From Chiloscyllium plagiosum (taxonomy: Eukaryota), in contig NC_057719.1 of the NCBI RefSeq assembly GCF_004010195.1, forward strand, positions 16,915,177-16,979,176: a stretch of DNA of 64,000 nucleotides. Reading direction: 5' to 3'. The translations under genes and the position numbers were made by a program. The notes under the pieces were generated by a model. The model was not told the DNA's origin, searched no databases, and saw nothing but the letters and a program-made list of their open reading frames with translations. This document shows, in pieces, positions 12,430 through 23,765 of this stretch (its first letter is position 1; every line of letters starts with the position of its first letter).

Positions 12430-13170
12430 CTTAAATAGAACAAGGAAAACAGTAATTTCAGTGAAATCGTATTACCTACCTGGTTCTGAGATCGTTACCT
12501 TTGAGGTCTTGGTTTTAACTTCCAATTTTTCTGCTTTTAAGTCCTCATGCCTTTTCTTAATTTATATTTTTGACACCGATGTACATCATAACTGCTAACT
12601 GTTCATCCTCCCACTCCGGGATGTTCTGTCTTTACTCCAATACATCATTGACCGTAGCGCTCCGGAGGCAAAATACCATTCTGGAGTCTCATTTTCAGCC
12701 ACAAAAACATCTGCCTATTTCCCTGTATTGAAATTGCCTATTAGAATAGCATTCTCACACTTGTCCTTATCTCCCGTGCGATAGAGTCAAACGTGGTTCA
12801 ACAAATTTGGCTGTTGTTATTTTCCACTGACGCCCCCCCCCCCACCAAAAACGGTATCCAAAGCAATATATCTGTTTTGTAGGGAAATAGCCAGGAGAAT
12901 TTCCTGCACTAGCTGCTTAATCTGTTTTCTCTGCCTAGTGGTCATCCATTCATTTCCTCCTCACCTAGACAGTCTTTGCCTGCAGTGTAACCACCTCCCT
13001 GCACATGTTATCCATGATACTCCTAGCCTTGTGCCTGCTCCACAATGTCCAAAGCTGACACCTGAGCTTCTGGGAGCTGTGGGTGAAGATCATTGTGGTG
13101 CTGGATACTAAAACTGTGACAACTTCTCACATAACATAGGAGGAACACTCCACAGTCTTGACTTCTCTTT
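12430..13170 (-). mobile_element. Decayed CR1 ORF1 (zinc-finger-like start and SGNH esterase region)
   Basis: Minus strand reads VECSSYVM*EV near 13110-13160 and GRCFCG*K*DSRMVFCLRSATVNDVLE..EWEDEQLAVMMYIG near 12570-12720, resembling CR1 ORF1 esterase. Confidence 0.65.
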
Positions 13171-13200
13171 CCATGACTAACCCCTTTAAATTAAACCCTT

Positions 13201-13356
13201 CAAAGTTTGTGAAAAGATTTGTAGCTCGGGTGCTCGTTGTTGTGGTTCTGTTCGCCGAGCTGGGAATTTGTGTTGCAGATGTTTCGTCCCCTGTCTAGGT
13301 GACATCCTCAGTGCTTGGGAGCCTCCTGTGAAGCGCTTCTGTGATCTTTCCTCCGG
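13201..13356 (-). mobile_element. Penelope-like 3' fragment (family 3) with hammerhead motif
   Basis: Minus strand 13275-13314: gca CTGAGGA t gtcacct agac aggggac GAAA ca tc tgc. Confidence 0.65.
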
Positions 13357-14369
13357 ATTAATCCTTAGGTTGCTGTGAAAATCAAATAGTATTAATTACT
13401 CTCGGGCCCTTCTTCTCTGGATCTCTGCAGCATCCCCTTGCAAACTATAAAGCCATGATAAAGGCCTTGGAAACTAAGCAATAAACATACTCATGCAATC
13501 AATTGCTCCCTTATGCCCCACGTTACTTGTTGACACTGTTCTCATAATACCCCACAGCTCTGTTGACTGCATGTTGTATTGTCTCCAACACCTTAAAAAA
13601 AAGAGTCACACCCCAAGTCCCATAGTAGGATAACTGAGTCTTTGGGTTTTTAAAATATAAGGATTTAGCCAGTTCCTTTGAACTTGCTGCTAATTTTAAT
13701 CCTATTCATGACTTCATCCAATTTTTCAGGTTGTTTAGGCATTCTTGATTGTGTTTTTGATTTTCTTTAAGACTGCTTTACCATTTACAATTTTTCTCCA
13801 ATGCATAAAGAGGATGTGAAAGTAAATTGGGACTAAAGCTGGATAATGACAAACCCAGATGCTTTTCAAGGTCATTGAAATATGTCAAATTGTAAATTGG
13901 GGCAGAGCAAGAGTTGGGGGACGTGGGGGGGGAACCGCAGGCTGACTTTGGTGTACTTTGCTAAATTAACTGTAAAGAATCCTGTAAAGTATTAGTAAAA
14001 CTTACAACTCCTTAAGAATTGGTTAGTTTGCTAACTCATGAGTATTGCAAGCTGATAAACTCCAGTGCATTGACGCAAAGAAAACTTGAATTGGATTTAT
14101 AGCATGTCATCTGTCACTTCCTATTTAGGTGATTGGTTTCATTGATTTAGTATTTTTTTATGTATTTCTTTGGAATTTGTTAACCACCTTTTGGTTTGGA
14201 ATTTGTGAATCCTCAGCAAATTTCTGCTCATAAGGTTAGAACAATTATGTTCATATACAAATGCTGAATGTAATTATATTGCCTTCCTATGCCATTTTTA
14301 CGCAAGTGTGAATCTGTTTGTTTTAAATTTTAAAATAGCGTGCAAAGGAATTTAGTACAAGCTCATTAA

Positions 14370-14830
14370 AGAAAAGAAAGAACTTGCAATTATATCTCAT
14401 GACCTAGGATGTCTGATGCAATTTAGAGCCCAATGAAGTACGTTTGAAATGTATGTCTAAGAAATAAATGGTGAAATTTTAACTCATTCAAAACCCATCA
14501 TTACTTAGACAGTTAAGAATGACCATCGACACTATTGTAGAAAACATGGCAAAGCCTCATAAACTTCAATGAAATAAACTACCACATCATCCAATTTGGG
14601 TATGAAAACACAAAATGCTGGAAATACTCATCAGTTCAGGCAGTATCAGTGTCGAAAGAAAAGACTTCATATTTCAAATTGTCACCTTTCAGCAGAATTC
14701 TGTTTTAAGTGTTGGCAAAGGGATAAATATTGACCAGAACACAAACGAGAATTCTCCTGTTCTTCTTTGAATAATGTCATTTAATTCCAACTAAATGGGC
14801 AGATGTTCTACATTGCTTTATATTTGTATG
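14370..14830 (-). mobile_element. Decayed Deu-domain SINE with a short PLE fragment inserted near 14605-14700
   Basis: aaagaacttgcaatta..catgacctaggatgtc..ccaatgaagtac is the reverse complement of the tail seen at 43540-43625. Confidence 0.5.
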
Positions 14831-15739
14831 TTGTAAAAAAAAATGCACTTTGAGACAATTTATCCAAAATTATTCCTCCTATGATTTCATTTGAAAGATT
14901 AAAGGTTTTCGGGTCCCCAAGTGAGACTGGGAATTGAGTTTATGAGCAGGTATTAGCATGTAGCACAGTTCACTTCCTCACATGCTGTCTTTCCTTCTTA
15001 CGCCTCACTGTTCTTTTTACACTCACTTTTTGTCAAACTACTTCATTACACACTCTGTCTCTCACTCACTTACAGTCTCATTCGCTCTCTCTCTCTCTCT
15101 CTCTTTCTCACACACGCGCACACACACACACCTATCACGTTTGCGGGGAGAAGGAGCCATTTTTACAGCCATGTCAAACTCACCAGAGAGCAGAATCCAG
15201 CAGTCTCTGACAGAGCTATCCAGGGCATGAGGCAGGCAAGAAGAAAGGAGGCACATTGACTCTGGCTCATCGTAATGGGCCAATAATGGCTGTTGTTCGG
15301 AATAATGGCAGTCACTGCAGATGAATCTGTCCATGGGGATGGTCTGCATCAGATTGGCAGCAGTGGGCACTGAGTATCTCAAGATTGACAAGGTACTTGG
15401 CCCCACGTTTAGCACTTCTGAATCCTATTACACTTCACAGCCATTATTACAGGGTTGGGGGTCGGAATCCCCAAATTTCATCAGCAAACCGAATTGGAGA
15501 TCATGACCCACTGCTCAGGAAGCCTTGCTTTCAGAGCATCAAACTTCCGAATCCTCTTATTTCGAGGATTTCATTTTTATGGTCAGACTGAGATTCCTAT
15601 CATTTGCTTTTCTTGAAAATCTGGATGACCTTGACTGTCTAGCACTTGATCCTGGCTCCTGTGACATCAATCTGGGATGCTCAGTGCAACAGGTTGAAAA
15701 TACCCATGACACTGACACAAATTATATGGCATTATAAGC

Positions 15740-16545
15740 AGTTAAAATGGAAGCTAAAATTATAGATATTAATAGACCAACTGAATGTGGTAAACTGAGG
15801 CAAATGGATTTCGCTGTTGACAAATGTGACAACTTCGACTTTGGACCTTAAAGGAGAGAACAGATACTTTTTTGAATGACTAAAGGTTAGTAGTAGTGGA
15901 AGTCCAAAGGATGGATATCCATGTGTATAGTTTATTAAAATTGTCTCCAACAGCTAAGAACATAGTCAAAAAGGCTAATGGATGTCAGCCTTCATATCTA
16001 AAGAACTAGAGTACTGGAAATAGGAGTCATGTTTTAGCTTCACGAAACAATAGTTAGACTCTCTGGAAAATTCTGAGCAATTCTGGGCATCAGACCCTGG
16101 AAAATTTGTAGAGATGGGAAGTAGGATAGATTTACCAGAGCGATAGCCAGGATTCCAAGGATTAAATTATATAGAAAACTATGCAAACTAGGATTATAAT
16201 CCAGAAACATAAAATGTTAAAGGATAATTTACAGAAAGTTTTTTTCAGGTATGGAGAAGAGCAGATAGAGGACATAGGGTGAAACTATTTCTGCTGCTAA
16301 AGAGTATGGTTTAAAACTTAGAGACTGATCTTCAGGAGTAATATTAGAAAACACTTGGTGATTGGTGCTCAAGTGATCAAATATTACTTTTAAAACTAAG
16401 ATGGATAGAATTTTGCTATCCAAAGGTATTAACAAACATCCAGAAATAGCAGGCACACTGAGTTCAGTCATAAATCAGACATCGTCCTTCTGAATGGCAG
16501 AACAGGCTTGAGAGACTAAATGACCAACGCCTGTTCCTTTGTTTC
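15740..16545 (+). mobile_element. Heavily decayed CR1 3' portion
   Basis: Residual motifs in CR1 order (qmdf..dkc, gcaattctgggca, gatttaccag, gagatggataga, 3' UTR ending gcctgttcct). Confidence 0.6.
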
Positions 16546-16759
16546 ACATAGGAAATCCCTGAATAGCTTCGAAAATTACACTGACAAACTAAGCTGATAC
16601 TGCCAGGACTCAATCCTCTTAGAGGAGGCATTCTCAGTACTCTGTTAAAGTATACATCTGCAAAAAGCAGGATCATTAGCAACTGTGACTTAAGAGGGTT
16701 TACAGTTACTTTCCTGGTCAATTTGTGTTGATTTAATATTTTATATTTGAATCTTTCAG

Positions 16760-16926
16760 ATCTATATTTTCTATGGAACTCGTTCCAATGCTGAGTTTGT
16801 GATACATAATGGATTTTTCTTTGATAATAATTCGCACGACAGAGTGAAAATAAAGCTGGGAGTGAGTAAAAGTGACCGTCTTTATGCTATGAAAGCAGAA
16901 GTTTTAGCTCGTGCTGGCATACCAAC
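16760..16926 (+). CDS. SETD3: SETD3 coding exon (167 nt; IYIFYGTRSNAEFVIHNGFFFDNNSHDRVKIKLGVSKSDRLYAMKAEVLARAGIPT)
   Basis: Near-identical to recalled human sequence including the IFYG tyrosine; tttcag acceptor, gtaagt donor; phase 0 to 2. Confidence 0.97.
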
Positions 16927-17544
16927 GTAAGTATTTTGAATTTTCATCCATTTCACTTCCCATTCCAAGGCCAATTGCCAACAAGTGAATTCTGCCATTT
17001 CTTCAGGAATTAATGAACAGATATTATTAATCAGCATTTGGTTGTCCAGAACACAGGTATTGGTGGAAAAATGGCACATATTGTTAAAAGTTTTTCAACT
17101 TGCACTCAACAAGGCATTTGCAATGGAAAAGGAATTTTTCTTGTATTGTTTAAAAAGGGAGTGTTGATTGGTTCACAGGTGGATTGCCGTGAAGAATGCA
17201 CCATTAACATGATGGCTACCATTTTTTAAAATTTAAATCAGCATTTTGACCCTGATAGGGCAATATCTTGATCAAAGAAATGGACCAGAGAATGGTTGCC
17301 CAAATGAATGAGAAAATGGTTGCCTACTTTGTCAAGTTTAACACATGTAAAGTGTGTCTATATTCTTTCTGCCTGCGAAGAGCAGGGTCTTGTCTCTTAA
17401 TATATACAAGATTGTCAATTGGGCATGCAGCATGGTGACCTTGCATCTGCTAGAAGCTACATATAGCAATACGCAGGGCCTTTGTTCTTTGCAGACAGAA
17501 AGAACGTGTGCACGCATCCACCTGTTTCAACTTACCAAAATAGA

Positions 17545-18143
17545 TGACAGCTATTGGAAAGACGTTACGAAACTTGAAACGGTTCAGAAAAAATTTACAA
17601 GGATGTTGCCAGAAGGATCTAACCTATAGGGAAAGGTTGAATAGGCTAGGGCTGTTTTCCCTGGAGCATTGGAGGCTGAGGAGTGACCTTATAGATATTT
17701 ATAAAATCATGAGTGGCATGGATAGGATAAATAGACAAAATCTTTTCCCTGGGTTGGGGGAATCTAAAACTAGAGGGCATTGGTTTAGGGTGAGAGGGGA
17801 AAGATACAAAAGAGACCTTAGAGGCAATGTTTTCACGCAGAGGGTGGTATGTGTCTGGAATGAGCTGCCAGAGGAAATGGTGGAGGCTGGTACAATTGCA
17901 ACATTTAACAGGCATCTGGATGGGTATATGAATAGGAAGGGTTTGGAAGGATGTGGGCCGGGTGCTGGCAGCGGAGACTAGATTGGGTTGGGATATCTGG
18001 TCGGCATGGACAAGTTGGACCAAAGGGTCTGTTTCCGTACTGTACATAGAGTCAAAGAGATGTACAGCACAGAAACAGACCCTTGGTCCAACCTGTCCAC
18101 GCCGACCAGATATCCCAACCCAATCTAGTTCAACTCTATGACT
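17545..18143 (+). mobile_element. CR1/HER1 3' fragment with an inverted 3'-UTR copy in its tail
   Basis: ORF 17544-17981 (LGLFSLE.WRLR.DLI..YKIM..WNELP); 18060-18130 is the reverse complement of 17977-18047. Confidence 0.88.
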
Positions 18144-19139
18144 TTTTTTTTCTGGTCAAGGCATTGGTTTATTCCCCAGGGCAATCAGAGTCAACCTACC
18201 AAGGTTAAATTTAGACAGAGTTTGACACTTAACTATGAGTCATCATTTAACTGGTGCACTTTCTATGGCAATACCGCTTCTAATGAGAAACCACTTACCA
18301 ACCAATCATCACTCTTTTCTCACACAAGATAAAATGTTATTTTCCCCTTTTATTGTTATTCATGCAACTCCTTATGTTATACCCCATACACAACGCAAAG
18401 TAATTCAGATAAAGACTTGTTTTAATGCTACATTTTTGAGTTTTCCCTTTTAATGAAGTACCCTGTCTTTCAGGACTTAAGGCCCTCACTAAATGTGGCC
18501 TGTGAGGTTCTTTCCATTGTTTTTTCTTAAATGGAAAAAGGCCGGTGCATCTGTGATTTCTGGAAAGTATTCAGCTAGGGGTAGGCTTCTCAACCAGTAG
18601 CTAACTCATAGAATTGTTTCCTTCACCTTTAATTGTGGCAGCCACAAACAAAGAGGAAATAATTGTGGTTGCATCTCGACATGATAAAATATGTTTGGCC
18701 AGAATAGGTGTGAGAGAACATATCCTTTATTGTTATTTTGGTATTCTTTGAACAGGTGACATGAAATTCTGTTAACAAAAGTGCCAAAACATGTAGATTG
18801 AAGGGACAAAACTATTTTCCATTTAAAACTTAAGATAATAAGCTGCAGTGTATCAACTAAATTGACTTGAAGCTTTGACATGGTAAATGTAGTTTTTTTG
18901 TAGGTTGACATTTAGAATATAGTTTCTACTTCCCTGAAAATTCCTACTCTTTCTTCACCCAACTCTAGACTCAGTCTGTGCCCCTCTGTCAGTGTGAAAT
19001 AGTCAAGCTATTCAAACAGTACTAAAATAGTAATGAAGGGTGCAGCCCCCTCACCCAATCCGAGCCCAACAACATATTTTATCACGTTCAGAGGCAACCA
19101 CAATTATCTCCTCTTGGTCCGTGGCTGCTACAATTAAAG

Positions 19140-19266
19140 TCAAAATGTGTGGCTTATGCCCAAAACGTCGATCCTCCTGATCCTTGGATGCTACCTGACC
19201 CGCTGTGCTTTTCCAGCGCCACATTTCCCGACTCTGAGGACTGCAGATGCTGGAGATCACTTTCTC
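19140..19266 (+). mobile_element. Short Penelope-derived insertion (family 1)
   Basis: ggcttatgcccaaaacgtcgat..ggatgctacctgacc; 15-bp direct repeat ctgctacaattaaag at 19125-19139 and 19267-19281. Confidence 0.8.
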
Positions 19267-19944
19267 CTGCTACAATTAAAGAACAAATGGGAGCAGTTCA
19301 ATGAGTTTACTATTGATTGAAATTCTCACTCACTAGCTGCATATTATCCAGAAATGATCCCTAAAGCCTTTTAAGAACTATTAGTCAGCAAAAGGTGTGT
19401 TGCATTTAGCACAACAAGAATTCTGTTCTAAGAATTTAGCAGAACACGTTTTCTTTGACAGAACTGTTCATTTGTTAAATACATTGCAACTTCGGTGTAG
19501 AAATCTAATGTACCATCACCTCAGTTTATAATGCTAATTAACAGTGAGAGCATATAAAGTGCCCTCTGCTACCCTACTCACATTCACAAACATTTTGAAT
19601 GGCTTATGAAGACAGCATGATAAAGATAGAATTGAAAGAGCGACTTAAGTGGAATCAATCATGTCTTTTCTCACCAGAGTCACATTGTTTAAAGTATCAG
19701 TGAGATAATCAAATGTAAAATAAAATGTTTTGAAAGGTGTTTTGACTTAGATGACAGTATTTTTAAGTGCTTTAAAAATAGCTGCTCAAAAATTAATTTC
19801 TGAGACTTGTTGCAGTTGAAAGCAGGTGAAAGTTTATTAACCAATTGACTTCAAATCAACACAGGGACATGAAGACTCCCCTCTCCAGAAATTTCAGCAC
19901 CACCTAAAATGGGTACGCAACATAAGAGTGTAGACAAGTTATAC

Positions 19945-20460
19945 AGTTCCTGTGGTGCAATGATAGTGTCCCTACCTATGAGCCAGGAAACCCAGGGTTC
20001 AAGTCCCATCAGTTCCAGAAGAGTGTCATAGCACATAAGAATAGGTTAATTAAAAACATGTCTGCTGACAAGTATTAGTGTTTTTTGACATAATGGTGGT
20101 GTCTTCACCTCTGATCTAGGAAGCCCAGGATTAAATTCCACTTGCTCTATTGGTGTGTAAATAACATGTTTGAATAGGTCAATTAGAAAATATCAGTAGA
20201 CAGCTTTTGGGGCCCAGATTCAAAACTCACCTAGTCAAAGGGTGTGTTATAACCTCTCTGACCAGGTTGTTTAGAAAATATATCAAATCTAATTGGTTTG
20301 ATGCTGTCTTTTCATGGGTGCAAAATATGCTGCATATGCTTAATGGTACAAGTGGATTAGGTAGTTTTCCTAGCTCTAAGCCAGAAGGCCAAGGTTCAAG
20401 TCCCACCTGCTCCAGAGATATGTCATAACATCTCTGAACAGGTTAGTCAGGTAATATCTG
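19945..20460 (+). repeat. Four direct copies of the tRNA-like SINE unit
   Basis: Units near 19950, 20090, 20210 (partial) and 20360 with a gggttcaagtccca-type B box and ..aca..tgaacaggtt..aaaatatc end. Confidence 0.72.
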
Positions 20461-20466
20461 TGTACA

Positions 20467-20684
20467 GTTGAAACTTTATTGCTGGAACCGCACAGCAGGT
20501 CAGGCAGCATCCAGGGAACAGGAGATTCGACGTTTCGGGCACAGGCCCTTCTTCAGGAAGAAGGGCCTGTGCCCGAAACGTCGAATCTCCTGTTCCCTGG
20601 ATGCTGCCTGACCTGCTGTGCGGTTCCAGCAATAAAGTTTCAACTTTGATCTCCAGCATCTGCAGACCTCACTTTCTCCTCGAA
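20467..20684. mobile_element. Young Penelope-derived palindromic insertion (family 1) with hammerhead motif
   Basis: Perfect inverted repeat 20466-20554 / 20557-20645; 14-bp TSD aatatctgtgtaca at 20453-20466 and 20685-20698. Confidence 0.9.
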
Positions 20685-21405
20685 AATATCTGTGTACAAA
20701 ACAGCTGTCAAATTTAAAGCTACTATAATTAGTGTAGTGTAGCCATAAACAATTTCTTTTCCACCTTAGTTCATGACCATTATCCTTGAATGCTGAGAAC
20801 TTCATATATGATACTTTCTACTTGGTTTAACTAAGTCTTTGACAGACCTTTTCCATCACCCAACTGAAAATAGATGCATGGAACAGAGAAGGAAGAGTGA
20901 GCAGCACTCTTCGTGGAAAAAGGAAGCAACTTTTAAAAGGTTAATGATCAGTAATCGTGAAGATAGTTTCACACGTTTTGTGCTGCCTGAGCAGGACATA
21001 CATGCTGGAAGATCAGGAAATCGACTATTCATTATCCACTCCATTCAAGTTAACATTTGTTAATACAGATGGGTAAAAACTTATTCGAACTGATGCATGA
21101 TCCTCCTTATCTAATGGTCCCACGTACAATTGGTGCACATTTATTGGGAATCATAAGGGTTGAAACTGATCTATCATTGGTGCTGCTTAATCAGAATAGG
21201 TTGTTATCAAGGAATCTTTTCATCTGTGGCCACTTGCTGTTCATTTTATTCTATCAGCTTAAAACTATTATTTAAAAATTGCTGGGTAATTTCCTGATTT
21301 TAGTTGTGTAATGACAATTCCGCTTCAATGCGGTTACATGCTTGTTGAAGCTCTTGTTGAGATCATTCTGACAGACTGACTCCAGTGTATATGTGTTTCT
21401 GTTAG

Positions 21406-21491
21406 GTCCAGTGTATTTGCCTTGCACTGCGGTGAACCTCCTATTTCGGCCCAGCTGTTGGCTTTCCTCCGTGTCTTCTGCATGAGTGAAG
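21406..21491 (+). CDS. SETD3: SETD3 coding exon (86 nt; SSVFALHCGEPPISAQLLAFLRVFCMSE)
   Basis: Matches recalled human SSVFALHFTEPPISAQLLAFLRVFCMTE; tgttag acceptor, AAG|gtgaaa donor; phase 2 to 1. Confidence 0.96.
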
Positions 21492-23339
21492 GTGAAACTT
21501 TTTCCCCATTTTTTTTTTTGTTTTTCGAAGGGGGTGGATATTAATTAAAAAGATTGTGGGTCAGTAATCCCAAAGGGCTAAAATTACTCCTTTGAACTGC
21601 AAGAGAAGAACCTCAGCTGTTTATTACAAAGCCCTAAAGGGAGATCATTCATGAGAAGTTATTTGTGACTATCTATACCAATTACTAGGTTTTGGATTTG
21701 CTGCTGATGCATGGCTTTGTGGACATTGGCCAGCATGCAATCTGCTGTGGATGTATAATGATGTTCTTGCTCACTTCTGTCTCCTCTTCCACATAATTTA
21801 TTCCAGTCATCAATGACTGTATCTTTTGCTATTTCTCAGACTGTCCTAAGTAATACTAGGTCAGCATTAGGGATGGCAAACGCTTTTATTTATTGCCTTT
21901 ACTGTAATTGTTAAAAGGCTACCTTGATTTGTCACTTCGGTGTATTGAGAACTGCGATTAATATTGTCATTTTTCCTGCAAATGTTATCTCTTTATCACC
22001 CCATCCCCAAATAAAAAGCTTTCTAGAGATTTATGCAATCCAGTCTTGTGCACCTTGATTGTTCTTTGTTTTTGACATATTGTGAGCTTTTCCTGTAAAG
22101 TTAGGCACATTAAATTTCATTGGTGAAAAGTTCTCTCTGTAATGCTTACCCCCAATGTTTCTCTTAAGATAAGTAACAATATTTATTGCATAAGTAAGGG
22201 AAGAAGTCTTTTTAAGTATTGAGCCATGATGTTCTGGACTTACTGTATGAGGCAGATTTGATAGGTCTTTTCTGGCTTGTCTGTTTGTTTTTTACTATCA
22301 AAGTGATTTGTTATTTTATGCTGTTTTTAGGCCAGTAAGCATCAGAAAGCAAGCACTTGTGTCCAAATTTATATGTCATTAACTGGTTATTCAATTCACC
22401 CCTACTTTACTGTAAGGTGATTCCATGTAGCTAGATTTTCTCAAACTTTGTCAAAGTGTCGTCTTCCACCCACTAAAGCCATGTCACCTTCTCAATTGCT
22501 TGCACAATTGGAGTTAAAGGGCATTTCTTTTCGACATGGTATTTGATGCATTTTCCAGCAATTTATGTTGGATTGTTGATGTAGAGATTTAATAACATAC
22601 ATGGTACATCATGTGAATTCAATCAGCATTCATGTAAGAGTACATACCACACTGATGATAAATGTTATGTCAATTAAACTGACAAAGATAATTAAAAGGT
22701 TGCTGTATTACAAGATCGCAGGACAAACTTGTTGATCAAATGAAAATAAAAAATGTTCTCTGCAGTATTGCTTTGCGATTTTAAAAGCAAATTTAATGAA
22801 GGAAGTGACTTTGCTGTGAAAATGTTTATTTTTTATAATGGTGTGCTTGCTATGAAAATAACTTTTTTTGTTTCTTTTGATAGACAAAGGTTAAAAGGTT
22901 ATTTAGCAGAGATACCAAAATAGTGTATAGGTAATGAATTGTTTTTGCAGCTTTGAGTTAGCTTCTCTGTATAAGCCTTCTTTTCTGCTGGAGCATGACA
23001 GCAGAACCGTGGAGGGCTCCAGCAAATGGTGGAATAATGTTCACTGCGTACTCCTTGGACCACCAGCATGTTGGTTGTTTATTCATGATTTTAAATAGGA
23101 CCTACTTAATAATTGTTTTCTCATGTTAGTGAGACAAATCATAATAGTCAAAAGTTGGAATTGTACAGTGAGCATGATTGTCAGTCATGTTGACTAACCA
23201 CTTTTCTGGATCACTTAACCAGGATATTTAATTAGTTAAATTTGTATCGTCATAAAGATCGGATCTTCATAACTTTCTTGGAGCAAACCATTCCTTATGC
23301 TTTTTCTGGGATCTTGCTATGTTCAAATTGCACAATGTA

Positions 23340-23562
23340 GTACAGTTCAAGAACAGCTTCTTCACCACTATCATTAATCTTATGAATGGACCTCTCAAAT
23401 TTTAAATTTAATGTTGATCTTGCTCTCCATGCACCTCTGTAGCCATAACATTGTATTCTTCCTTCTGTTCTGTTACCATAATGGTATGACATGTCTGTAG
23501 TGCAAGCAAAGCAAAACTTTTCATGTACCTAGATACGTATGACAATAATAAATCAAATCAAA
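23340..23562 (+). mobile_element. Rex1/Babar-like LINE 3' end
   Basis: ttcaagaacagcttcttc then tail caataataaatcaaatcaaa; homologous to 1860-2060. Confidence 0.6.
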
Positions 23563-23614
23563 TACTTCAAAAGTGCCTTATTTGCTGAGAAGTTAAGTAA
23601 GACCTCTTGAGGAA

Positions 23615-23765
23615 TTTTTATTTGTGGGTTTTGGGTGTCACTGGGTGGGCCAGCATTTACTGCCCATCTGTAATTACCCTGGAGAAGGTGGTGTAGACTA
23701 TCTTCTTGAACAGCTGCACTTTGTTTTTGGAATATAGGGACACCAACGGTGTTGTTAGGAACCTC
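23615..23765 (-). mobile_element. LINE family B 3' tail
   Basis: Reverse complement of the 53890-54040 tail (gcagc.gttcaagaag..caccaccttctc..ggcaataaatgc). Confidence 0.65.

Noticed and set aside
16862..16867. Cryptic GTGAGT donor inside the 167-nt SETD3 exon
   Set aside because: Explained by the G-V-S codons; use would shift the frame and nothing in the sequence shows it is used.
10820..20460. Repeat-spacer clusters as CRISPR arrays or tRNA genes
   Set aside because: Eukaryotic intron, long diverged units, no cas genes, no intact cloverleaf visible.
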